Assembly (NCBI GenBank): GCA_964627245.1
Contig: CAZVGS010000001.1
Location: forward strand, 89,256 to 153,255
Source of the DNA: an uncultured Gammaproteobacteria bacterium
GTDB lineage: Bacteria > Patescibacteriota > Microgenomatia > Levybacterales > GWA1-39-11
Length of the DNA: 64,000 nucleotides
Direction of reading: 5' to 3'
The position numbers and the translations under genes are program-made. Numbering within the stretch: position 1 is the stretch's first letter; each line of letters starts with the position of its first letter. The notes below the pieces were generated by a model. That model made no database searches. It was not told the DNA's origin and saw only the letters and a program-made list of their open reading frames with translations. Shown in pieces: positions 34,417 to 42,938 of the stretch.

Positions 34417-36390
34417 CTAATTTTGCTGCAGGAATTTAACCTTATCACGAATAAGCGCTGCGGTTTCAAAATCAAGGTCTTTGGCGGCTGCTATCATTTC
34501 TTTTCTCAAACTCTTTATCAGCTTCTCCTTTTCGTCAGGAAGCAAAACATCTTTTTCAATTAATGGCTTTAGGTCTTCCAAAATTCTTTCGCGCTCAATT
34601 AATTTTGCCCGTATCTCCTTTTCGACTGTTTTGGCAGTTATCCCATGGTCTTTGTTGTACTTTAGCTGATACTCCCGCCTTCTATTAACTTCCCCAATTG
34701 CTTCTTCCATGGATCCTGTCACATTATCCGCATATAGAATAACGTGTGAATCAACTCTTCTTGCCCCCCTTCCCATTATTTGAATGAGTGAACTTTTTGA
34801 ACGTAAAAACCCTTCCTTGTCAGCATCCAAAATTGCAACTAACCCCACTTCAGGAAGATCAAGACCTTCTCGAAGCAGATTTATACCGACCAATACGTCA
34901 TACACACCGGATCTCAAATCATCCAAAACGTCCTGTCTTGATAAAGTATCAACATCCGAATGAAGATAATTAACCTTTATTCCTTTTTCCTCTAAATATG
35001 TCGTCAAGTCTTCAGACATCCTTTTGGTCAATGTGTTGACGAGCACTCTTTCACCTTTTTTAATTACTCTTTCAATCTCTATTATCAAATCCTGTATCTG
35101 CCCTTCTGTTGATCTGACTTCTATTTCCGGGTCTACAACACCTGTCGGTCTTATCAATTGCTCCGCAATATTTTCTTTCCCCGATTTTTCGATTTCATAA
35201 TCACTTGGGGTTGCTGACATATAGATTGTCCGCTTCACTTTCGGCCAGAACTCCTCTGCCTTAAGAGGTCTGTTGTCGTATGCTGCAGGAAGCCGGAAGC
35301 CGTAATCAATCAATGTCGTTTTTCTTGCTCTATCCCCGTTATACATTCCTCTAACTTGCGGAATAGTCATGTGGGATTCATCCATTACAAGCAGCCAGTC
35401 TTTTGATACTTGGTTGAAGAATTCTAAAAGGGAATATGGAGGATCACCAGGGGATCTCCCGTCAAAATACCGTGAGTAATTTTCAATACCGTTGACATAG
35501 CCCAATTCTTTGATCATCTTAAGGTCATATTCAGTTCTTTGTCTGATTCTTTGCGCCTCAACCAATTTACCTGCTTTTTCAAACTTTTTGACCTGTCCTT
35601 TCATGTCAGATCTTATTTCATCAAACACCCTCTCGTATGTCGATGCATCCGTTACATAATGCTTGGCCGGATAAATAATGACTTCTTTTTCTTCTTTTAC
35701 TATGTCCCCTGTCAAAGGGTCTACCTGCTCAATTTTTTCAATAAAATCCCCATTGAAAGTAATCCTGAACGACTTGTCTTCATAGCCCGGTATTATTTCA
35801 ACAACATCTCCCCTGACCCGAAAAGTGCTTCTTGTGAAATTGTAATCATTTCTTTGATACATCAGATCCAAAAGCCTGTCTACGACTGAAGTGCGTGTTA
35901 TTTTCTCACCTATTGCGACGCGAAGAGTTAGCTTGCCGTATTCATCAGGAGAACCTAGATTGTATATGCACGACACTGATGCAACAACAATTGTGTCAGG
36001 TCTTGTCATTAGATTGGTTGTTGCTGCGAGCCTGAGCTTGTCAATCTCGTCATTTATTTCTGTCTCCTTTGCAATATATGTATCGGTTGTCGGAATATAC
36101 GCCTCTGGCTGGTAGTAGTCATAGTAAGAAACGAAATATGATACAGCATTATTGGGAAAAAAATCCCTCAACTCCTGATAAAGCTGAGCAGCAAGCGTTT
36201 TGTTGTGAGACATGACCAAGGTCGGTCTCCCGTAATTTTTGATGACATTAGCGATTGTATAAGTCTTTCCGCTTCCCGTAACCCCAAGGAGAACTTGATC
36301 TTTTTTATTTTTTTCCAAACCAGAAGATAATTTTGCAATGGCATTTGGCTGGTCTCCGGTTGGCTTGTATTTGCTTACTAAGTCAAACAT
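34417..36390 (-). CDS. uvrB: excinuclease ABC subunit B
   Basis: GVTGSGKT, DESH and helicase motifs, with a C-terminal UVR domain (DFETAALIRDKV). 657 aa. Confidence 0.95.
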   Translation of the reverse strand: MFDLVSKYKPTGDQPNAIAKLSSGLEKNKKDQVLLGVTGSGKTYTIANVIKNYGRPTLVMSHNKTLAAQLYQELRDFFPNNAVSYFVSYYDYYQPEAYIPTTDTYIAKETEINDEIDKLRLAATTNLMTRPDTIVVASVSCIYNLGSPDEYGKLTLRVAIGEKITRTSVVDRLLDLMYQRNDYNFTRSTFRVRGDVVEIIPGYEDKSFRITFNGDFIEKIEQVDPLTGDIVKEEKEVIIYPAKHYVTDASTYERVFDEIRSDMKGQVKKFEKAGKLVEAQRIRQRTEYDLKMIKELGYVNGIENYSRYFDGRSPGDPPYSLLEFFNQVSKDWLLVMDESHMTIPQVRGMYNGDRARKTTLIDYGFRLPAAYDNRPLKAEEFWPKVKRTIYMSATPSDYEIEKSGKENIAEQLIRPTGVVDPEIEVRSTEGQIQDLIIEIERVIKKGERVLVNTLTKRMSEDLTTYLEEKGIKVNYLHSDVDTLSRQDVLDDLRSGVYDVLVGINLLREGLDLPEVGLVAILDADKEGFLRSKSSLIQIMGRGARRVDSHVILYADNVTGSMEEAIGEVNRRREYQLKYNKDHGITAKTVEKEIRAKLIERERILEDLKPLIEKDVLLPDEKEKLIKSLRKEMIAAAKDLDFETAALIRDKVKFLQQN

Positions 36391-36444
36391 AATTCTTTAT
36401 AAAGTTAACTTATAATTATAGCACAAATTTGAGGCTATACTACA

Positions 36445-36461
36445 TTTGGTAAGATACCAAA
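36445..36461. promoter_or_regulatory. 17-bp palindrome TTTGGTA-AGA-TACCAAA in the uvrB-lexA divergent region
   Basis: Read directly. It is flanked by ACTACA (36439-36444). Confidence 0.4.
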
Positions 36462-36497
36462 CTCAATACTGATATAGTTTGTAGTAATTTGCATATC

Positions 36498-36527
36498 TTG
36501 ACATACTTCTACTTTTTTTCGTATAAA
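36498..36527 (+). promoter_or_regulatory. lexA promoter (TTGACA-18-TATAAA)
   Basis: -35 at 36498-36503 and -10 at 36522-36527, about 45 nt upstream of the lexA ATG. Confidence 0.5.
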
Positions 36528-36532
36528 TTTAG

Positions 36533-36557
36533 TGTAGTTTACTAATAATTAACTACA
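36533..36557. promoter_or_regulatory. palindrome TGTAGTT-N11-AACTACA overlapping the predicted lexA transcription start (candidate operator)
   Basis: Perfect 7-bp arms, read directly. Located 6 nt downstream of the -10 box. Confidence 0.45.
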
Positions 36558-36571
36558 ACTTTTTTCTAATT

Positions 36572-37225
36572 ATGACAGCAGTTCTTTACAGACGAGAGCG
36601 TGAACTTTTAACATTTATCTGGCAATTCCAGGAAAGGAATGGGTACTCTCCTACTCTTCGTGAAATGGCAGATGCCATGAACAGACGGGCACCTTCAACA
36701 ATTCATTCACTCATTAGAGGGTTGGTGGAAAAAGGTTATCTTCAAAAAGTCGACGGAAATATGCGTACCCTAAAAATTCTCAAGAAAGAACAAATCGGTG
36801 CGCTCATTGGAGAAAAACTCAAAGGAGTAGGAACAACCATATCGCTACCTTTAATGGGCTATATTGCCGCGGGAGCACCCCTAGAACCCCATTCTGACCC
36901 TGAAGCCTCACTTGACGTAGCGTCATCAATGATATCGGGCAAAAAAACCTCATATGCTCTCCAAGTAAAAGGAAATTCTATGATAGAGGATGGGATATTT
37001 GACGGGGACTTTGTAGTTGTTGAGAAGACCGATGTCTGTAGCGAGGGAGATATTGTTGTAGCGTTGGTGGATGACAGCCTGGCGACTTTAAAAAGGTTTT
37101 ATAAAAAAGACGGCAGAATAGTTCTTATGCCTTCAAATAGCGAAATGGATCCAATTTATCCGAATGAATGCCGAATACAAGGAGTTGTTACAGGGCTTGT
37201 CAGGAAGTTTGGAACAGTCAACTAA
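36572..37225 (+). CDS. lexA: LexA repressor
   Basis: N-terminal wHTH (GYSPTLREMADAM), an Ala-Gly cleavage site (YIAAGAPLE), and the S24 peptidase Ser (KGNSM) and Lys (ATLKRF). Confidence 0.88.
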   Translation: MTAVLYRRERELLTFIWQFQERNGYSPTLREMADAMNRRAPSTIHSLIRGLVEKGYLQKVDGNMRTLKILKKEQIGALIGEKLKGVGTTISLPLMGYIAAGAPLEPHSDPEASLDVASSMISGKKTSYALQVKGNSMIEDGIFDGDFVVVEKTDVCSEGDIVVALVDDSLATLKRFYKKDGRIVLMPSNSEMDPIYPNECRIQGVVTGLVRKFGTVN

Positions 37226-37917
37226 CTCTTTTGTTTTTCTTTAACGGCTTTTTTTATTTCCTTATATGACGTTGCTGCCTCTTTCTCTTTTCTTTTTTGA
37301 AGTCTGTGCTTTATTACTTCAAATATCATCGGTAATAAAGAGACAAAAATAATTAAATAAATTGCATATTCGAAATTATCTTTCACTATTGGCAAATTTC
37401 CAAAGAAATAACCGGCAAAAACAAGACTTGTTACCCACACAAACCCACCAATGATATTGTAACTGAGAAAAACACTGTATTTCATATTCCCTATTCCAGC
37501 CACAAAGGGAGCAAATGTTCTAACAATTGGCACAAACCGTGCAATTATAATAGTTTTACCTCCGTATTTTTCATAAAACTCTTCAGTTTTCTTCAGATAT
37601 TTCCTGTTAAATATCTTTGAATTTTCATTTTTAAAAACTTTAGCACCGAGTTTGTTCCCAAACCAATAATTTGCTGTGTCTCCTAATACAGCCGCTATTA
37701 GCAAAATTACATAGGCAACCCAAATATTTAAGTGTCCTAGCCCAGCAAAAGCACCCACGATAAAAAGAAAAGAGTCTCCGGGTAAAAATGGAGTAACCAC
37801 AAAACCGGTTTCGGCGAATATCACTAGAAAAAGAATTATGTATGTCCAAACTCCAAAAATAGATATGATTTGCGTAAGATAATCACCAAGGTGCAAGAAG
37901 AGATCGATAATTTGCAT
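37222..37917 (-). CDS. DedA/SNARE-associated family membrane protein
   Basis: FAETGFVVTPFLPGDSFLF…GAFAG and RFVPIVRTFAPFVAG motifs. 231 aa. Confidence 0.7.
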   Translation of the reverse strand: MQIIDLFLHLGDYLTQIISIFGVWTYIILFLVIFAETGFVVTPFLPGDSFLFIVGAFAGLGHLNIWVAYVILLIAAVLGDTANYWFGNKLGAKVFKNENSKIFNRKYLKKTEEFYEKYGGKTIIIARFVPIVRTFAPFVAGIGNMKYSVFLSYNIIGGFVWVTSLVFAGYFFGNLPIVKDNFEYAIYLIIFVSLLPMIFEVIKHRLQKRKEKEAATSYKEIKKAVKEKQKS

Positions 37918-37975
37918 TGTAAAATTTTATCAAGAGTCGCTGGTAAATAGCAATCAGTTAAATTAAAATACAAAA

Positions 37976-38653
37976 ATGCACAACAAAGAAAATTTATACA
38001 TAGTTGCAACGCCGATTGGAAATCTCATGGACATAACTTTACGTGCCTTAGAAATCTTAAAAGAGGTCGGCACAATTGTCTGCGAAGACACTAGGGTGAC
38101 TTCAATACTCCTGAATAAGTACGGAATTAAAAAACCGCTTGTCCCGCTTAATGAATACAACGAAGAACAGACAGTTTATTCCATTCTTGCAAAACTTGAG
38201 ACTGAAAGCGTAGCACTGGTAAGTGATGCCGGAACACCGCTTATATCAGATCCAGGATTTAGACTTGTTTCAATGGCCAAAAAGAAGGGATTTAAGGTAA
38301 TACCAATACCCGGCCCCTCAGCACTTATTGCCTCGCTTAGCGCATCAGCACTTCCTACAGATAAATTTATTTTCTTAGGTTTTTTGCCAAAAACTCCTTC
38401 AAAAGCAGAAAGCGTACTTATGTCAGTCAAGAATCTTGGCATGACTGTTATTATCTACGAATCTCCGCATAGAATTCTTCAGACCTTAAAAGTCATTCAG
38501 GAGATTTTTGGAGACATAGAAATAACACTTGCGAGGGAGCTGACAAAAAAATTTGAAGAGATAAAAAACCTTAAGGTATCTCAACACTTACTAGAGTATG
38601 TATCCAAAAATCCGAAGGGAGAATTTACTATACTTTTTTCCTCCAAACCCTAG
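37976..38653 (+). CDS. rsmI: 16S rRNA (cytidine1402-2'-O)-methyltransferase
   Basis: LYIVATPIGNLMDITLRALEILKEVGTIVCEDTR and SDAGTPLISDPG motifs. Confidence 0.8.
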   Translation: MHNKENLYIVATPIGNLMDITLRALEILKEVGTIVCEDTRVTSILLNKYGIKKPLVPLNEYNEEQTVYSILAKLETESVALVSDAGTPLISDPGFRLVSMAKKKGFKVIPIPGPSALIASLSASALPTDKFIFLGFLPKTPSKAESVLMSVKNLGMTVIIYESPHRILQTLKVIQEIFGDIEITLARELTKKFEEIKNLKVSQHLLEYVSKNPKGEFTILFSSKP

Positions 38654-39915
38654 ACAAATTTTCCCTGAGATAACTCCATAGAGATTGCGGAAAGCCTATT
38701 GTATTTTGCAATTCTTTCACGGGCCGGAGCTCCGAATTTAACATAGTCTGCATCAATTGCCGCCGCAAAATCAACAATAAAATCATCATCTGTTTCCCCG
38801 CTTCTGCCACTTACGATTATCTTTAACTGCTTAAACCTTGCGATTTCGGCAACTGCCAATGCTTCACTTACTGTCCCTATTTGATTTGGCTTTATCACGA
38901 TAGCATTCAAAATATTACTATTAAGTGCTGCCTGAAGTCTATAAGGATTTGTACTAGTCACTTCATCTCCTGAAACCAATACTTTTGAAGAAAATGCAGT
39001 GTACATTTTTTTCCAGCCGTCCCAATCGTCTTCAGCAAATGGATCCTCAAAATAAACCAACGAAAATTCATTCTGTAAATCCTGATAAATTTGTATCAGA
39101 TCATCTTGATCCAATTGACCATTCTTGTCTTTGATAACATATTTTTTGTTGGAAAGAATTGAATTTGCGCCAACATCTAGGCCCAAAAATACGTCTTTAA
39201 GAAATCCGAATTTGGATTGCTCAATAACTGTCTTAAGCATTTTCAAGGCATCCGCATTTGAAGCAAAAGAGGGAGCAAACCCTCCCTCATCCGCTACAAG
39301 AACCGACTGATTATTGTCGATCAAAAATGACCTTGTCTTTTTGTATATCGTAACCCCTATCTCCAATGCTTCGGAAAGCGTATGAGAAGTAGCAGGAATT
39401 ACCAAAAACTCCTGAAAATTTAGTGTATTTTCAGCATGTTTCCCTCCTTCAACGATATTAAACATTGGAGTCGGTATTTTATGCCTTGCGGAAGCTAGCG
39501 ATATAAACTGTCTTATATGAAGAACTAACGGAAGAAGCGAACTTTTTGCAGCTGCTTTGCAAACGGCTTGGGATATTGGAAGGATTGCGTTACTCCCCAA
39601 TTTTACTTTATTCTGTGTTCCATCAAGCTCTATCAATGCCTTGTCGATACTCTGCTGTTCATGCGCCTCCATGCCAACTATTTTAGGAGCAATAATTGTA
39701 TTAATATTATCAATTGCGCGCATAACCCCAAGTCCAAAATATCTTTCCGGATCTGCGTCTCTTAAGGGTTGAGCCTCATATGTTCCCTGGGATGCACCGG
39801 TTGGAACGCTTGAAGAAGCAACAGTCCCGTCATCGAGCGATACTATTGCCTCGACGGTAGGGTTACCTTTTGTATCAAGAATTTCTCTTGCTGTTATTTG
39901 TTCAATTTTTGCCAT
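38650..39915 (-). CDS. eno: enolase
   Basis: AREILDTKGNPTVEA, FQEFLVIP, ADEGGFAP, FEDPF, IKPNQIGT and RSGETDDDF motifs. The usual SHRSGET reads SGRSGET here. Confidence 0.9.
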   Translation of the reverse strand: MAKIEQITAREILDTKGNPTVEAIVSLDDGTVASSSVPTGASQGTYEAQPLRDADPERYFGLGVMRAIDNINTIIAPKIVGMEAHEQQSIDKALIELDGTQNKVKLGSNAILPISQAVCKAAAKSSLLPLVLHIRQFISLASARHKIPTPMFNIVEGGKHAENTLNFQEFLVIPATSHTLSEALEIGVTIYKKTRSFLIDNNQSVLVADEGGFAPSFASNADALKMLKTVIEQSKFGFLKDVFLGLDVGANSILSNKKYVIKDKNGQLDQDDLIQIYQDLQNEFSLVYFEDPFAEDDWDGWKKMYTAFSSKVLVSGDEVTSTNPYRLQAALNSNILNAIVIKPNQIGTVSEALAVAEIARFKQLKIIVSGRSGETDDDFIVDFAAAIDADYVKFGAPARERIAKYNRLSAISMELSQGKFV

Positions 39916-39916
39916 T

Positions 39917-41095
39917 TTATGAAACGAGCATGCTGCCTCTTTTTATCTCTCCGGTTGTAGCGTTTAGACTGACCACGTCCCCTGTTGAGTAAAGCAGAGG
40001 TTTTTTATTTTTTCTTACTAGAGTTGGAATTCCGGCATTTTTCAACACGTCTGCTACTTCGGGCTCGGGTTCCTCACCCAAAACAATTCCCTTTGCCCTC
40101 TTTACTGTTTCGATCATTTTCCTGTCAAGTCTTTGTAAAACAACAATTTCATCACTGAGAATAACTCCTGAATGCTTTACCTCATCGATAACCTTGAGTT
40201 TTCCGACGGTTACCCCAGGATGAACGGTGATGTTCTCGATCAAAGAATTAAATGTATCTTTATAGTCTATCAGGTCACTATTTGCCAAGATTTTTGTTAC
40301 AAAAAAATTGTTCTCAAATTTTTCCCAAAATGCCGTATGGGGGTGATAAAATACCTCTTCTACCTTTTTTGCAGTATCAAGAAGCAATTTTATTTCGGAG
40401 GGCGTTAACGCGTCCTTAATTCCCCCAGGCAGTACTTCGCCTTTTTCAATTTTTCCGGAATGCTTATTGAAAGAAAATTTTACCATCGAATAAGCCTCAA
40501 TTTCATATTCATGCTTAGATAAAATCTTCACATGCCCCGAAAGAGTGTAATTAAACACAGGGAAAATGGCGATAACAACTCTGAACTCATGGTGATTTTG
40601 ATGATGTATTTTGTATGAAGCTAAATTCTTGACCGTAAATAAATCACTCCAGGCCTCTCTTACTTTTTCAACTACTGAAGCGTCCCCCTTCAAATCATTA
40701 AATTCTGCCGCTGAAATAAGTTTCTTTCCTTCATAATAATACGCCTTCAAAGAGATGCTCCTGTCTTCAAATGCCTCAAGTTTTTTATACATAGGCTTGT
40801 ATACTTCTTCAGGAATTTTTGATTTTAGAATAAGCTTTCGTATGTGATTTGAAATTTGCGAAACTGAATCGTGCCTATCGTGGTTGATTGATCCTAAAAG
40901 ATGCTTTATTTGCTCGTTGATATTATTAACTTCCTTAAAATAGATAAAAGAACTTGCAGTAACTACAAGGCGGGGCAAACATTCAATATTATTTCTCAAC
41001 AGTTCTCCAAATCCAGCCAACTCTTCACCGACTTCGTCTTTGTCATTAAATGACAGTTCTTTATCCCACACTACATAATCTCCGGGCAGAAGCAT
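39917..41095 (-). CDS. PEP-utilising-enzyme-like protein (PPDK_N-like N-terminus plus mobile-domain-like C-terminus lacking the phospho-His)
   Basis: C-terminal GVTVGKLKVI…EIVVLQRLDRKMIETVKRAKGIVLGEEPEPEVADVLKNAGIPTLV aligns by eye to the swivel domain, but GGxTSHAA is replaced by GEEPEPEV. Confidence 0.45.
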   Translation of the reverse strand: MLLPGDYVVWDKELSFNDKDEVGEELAGFGELLRNNIECLPRLVVTASSFIYFKEVNNINEQIKHLLGSINHDRHDSVSQISNHIRKLILKSKIPEEVYKPMYKKLEAFEDRSISLKAYYYEGKKLISAAEFNDLKGDASVVEKVREAWSDLFTVKNLASYKIHHQNHHEFRVVIAIFPVFNYTLSGHVKILSKHEYEIEAYSMVKFSFNKHSGKIEKGEVLPGGIKDALTPSEIKLLLDTAKKVEEVFYHPHTAFWEKFENNFFVTKILANSDLIDYKDTFNSLIENITVHPGVTVGKLKVIDEVKHSGVILSDEIVVLQRLDRKMIETVKRAKGIVLGEEPEPEVADVLKNAGIPTLVRKNKKPLLYSTGDVVSLNATTGEIKRGSMLVS

Positions 41096-41159
41096 ATAGT
41101 TCTATTGTGGAGAATTTACAAGAAAAAAGCAAGAACAGATGAGGCTACATAACAGTGGT

Positions 41160-42092
41160 TTATGTTTGTGATTCAGATCCGGGAACTATGAGATCAAAGG
41201 ACTTCGTATCCGATCCATAAGCCTTAGGACCATAATCGCTAACATAATTTCCAATATTGTCTCTGAAATATTGCGGCTTCGATGCTTGGATTTTTCCTAC
41301 TATATAGTAGGTCATAGCCATCATGCCCGCAAAATTGATGTTCCCGCTTGGGAAAATATCCCAACGGCTCTGGGTTTCCCCAAAGAAGTCATTTTTACTG
41401 CCAATTGAAATTACAAGCTCATCTTTATCTCTTATAACAAATTTTGCATGTCTTGCATGTCCCTGGCTGAAAGCCCTTAAGGACAATTTTGGACCAAATA
41501 ACTCACTTTTTTTAATCTCTAGCATCGGGCAGATAGGCATAAATTTGTCAGGCAATACAAAAGCATATGAACTATAACTGCCGAAATTCTCAGGAAAACC
41601 AAGCGCTAGAACTTCTTCTTTAATCCCAGTAGGGTTTTCTTTTGTTGATGCCATAATCATGCCCATATATGTAGAAGTGTTATATGTGTATGGTTCTGCT
41701 ATTGATTTGAATACGTATACCTTATCCGCAATTTTAGCAGCATCTGACTCTCCTTTTGTAGTTAAGAGAGATGTTGTAAGCCCATGCTTCTTCGCAAGCT
41801 CAATCTCCCAGACCGAATCTTTGCCTCCTGAAGCTGAGATAACAACAGCTTGGGTTATCATTTTGTTTTCAATTGCTTTTTCATAAGAGACAATAATTTT
41901 TTTGAAATTGCTTTCATCGGCAAATATTGCAGAGCTTTCAGAAAAAAGGATAAGTCCGGTATTGTAAGCGTTGCCTGAACCGACAACAAACGGCAAATTA
42001 TAGTCAGACACTTCGAATGGAGGTGGGGTATTACCTGCAAAAAAATCTAGTGCCTTGATTACAACTTCATCTAAATTTAATATATTATCCAT
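41160..42092 (-). CDS. SIS-domain sugar-phosphate isomerase-like protein (possibly PGI/PMI type)
   Basis: VVGSGNAYNTG and VVISASGGKDSVWEIELAKKHG resemble SIS nucleotide/sugar-phosphate binding segments. Tentative. Confidence 0.4.
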   Translation of the reverse strand: MDNILNLDEVVIKALDFFAGNTPPPFEVSDYNLPFVVGSGNAYNTGLILFSESSAIFADESNFKKIIVSYEKAIENKMITQAVVISASGGKDSVWEIELAKKHGLTTSLLTTKGESDAAKIADKVYVFKSIAEPYTYNTSTYMGMIMASTKENPTGIKEEVLALGFPENFGSYSSYAFVLPDKFMPICPMLEIKKSELFGPKLSLRAFSQGHARHAKFVIRDKDELVISIGSKNDFFGETQSRWDIFPSGNINFAGMMAMTYYIVGKIQASKPQYFRDNIGNYVSDYGPKAYGSDTKSFDLIVPGSESQT

Positions 42093-42094
42093 AA

Positions 42095-42934
42095 TTAGTC
42101 ATCCCCCAAATACTTACTTCTCTCAGCCCTTCTTACCTCATCTGTCTGATCACCTCTAGCGTATTTATCGTGAATTCTCCATGTGGTACTTCCATCCTCT
42201 GGTGTCGATACTTCATATACATCCATCTTGGATACCCCTTTATGCCTATGTCTTTGTCCAACTTTAGTAGTATATCCCTTATCATACTCTAACGGAAATT
42301 CAACAAGCTCCCTCTTCTGATTTTCCATAACCATCATGCAGCTGCCGTATGACATATAGTAGCTTTCAACTTTTACTGCGTGCGCCTGGAGTGAAAGCCA
42401 ACCGTCTTGCTCGATATGAAGTATCTTCATTGCTATCGGATCTCCTTCAGATTTTTTAGAGAATATAGGCTCATTACCCCATGGCTTGCTATAATCAACA
42501 GCTACAAATGGTTCGGCGGTAAATTTCCCGCTTTCAACTTTTTGACTTGGATTTTTTTCACTTCCCTCAATAATACGTGTTTTACCTTCTGTCTCAATGC
42601 CGTAGTTTTGCCCTGATTGAATTCTAAAACCGACAGCATATTCCATAGGCAGTCTTTGCATCACTCCATTTGCGTCTTCAAGAATAATTGTTCCTTTCCC
42701 ATCCCGAAGCGTTAGGATGCGGAATCTATCGCTCACATTAACCGGAATACTCCTTCCTTCATCGATTTGAAGTTCCTTTCCTAAATAATTAACGCTTTCA
42801 GGAGTCCAGGTAACGATTTTACCCCATTCAATTGCGTCTTCATGGCGATAGGGATCATTCGTAAAAGTAGAAGGATCATACTCATTCTTGTGATTTTCGT
42901 AGTCGGATAATGATTGCGCGGTCTTAGGATCCAT
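42095..42934 (-). CDS. double-cupin protein, type II mannose-6-phosphate-isomerase-like (paralog A)
   Basis: KPWGNEPIF…ILHIEQDGWLSLQAHAVKVESYY…G is a PMI type-2 cupin motif. The N-terminal half repeats the WG…G…R(F)RIL pattern. Confidence 0.5.
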   Translation of the reverse strand: MDPKTAQSLSDYENHKNEYDPSTFTNDPYRHEDAIEWGKIVTWTPESVNYLGKELQIDEGRSIPVNVSDRFRILTLRDGKGTIILEDANGVMQRLPMEYAVGFRIQSGQNYGIETEGKTRIIEGSEKNPSQKVESGKFTAEPFVAVDYSKPWGNEPIFSKKSEGDPIAMKILHIEQDGWLSLQAHAVKVESYYMSYGSCMMVMENQKRELVEFPLEYDKGYTTKVGQRHRHKGVSKMDVYEVSTPEDGSTTWRIHDKYARGDQTDEVRRAERSKYLGDD

Positions 42935-42938
42935 ACCT

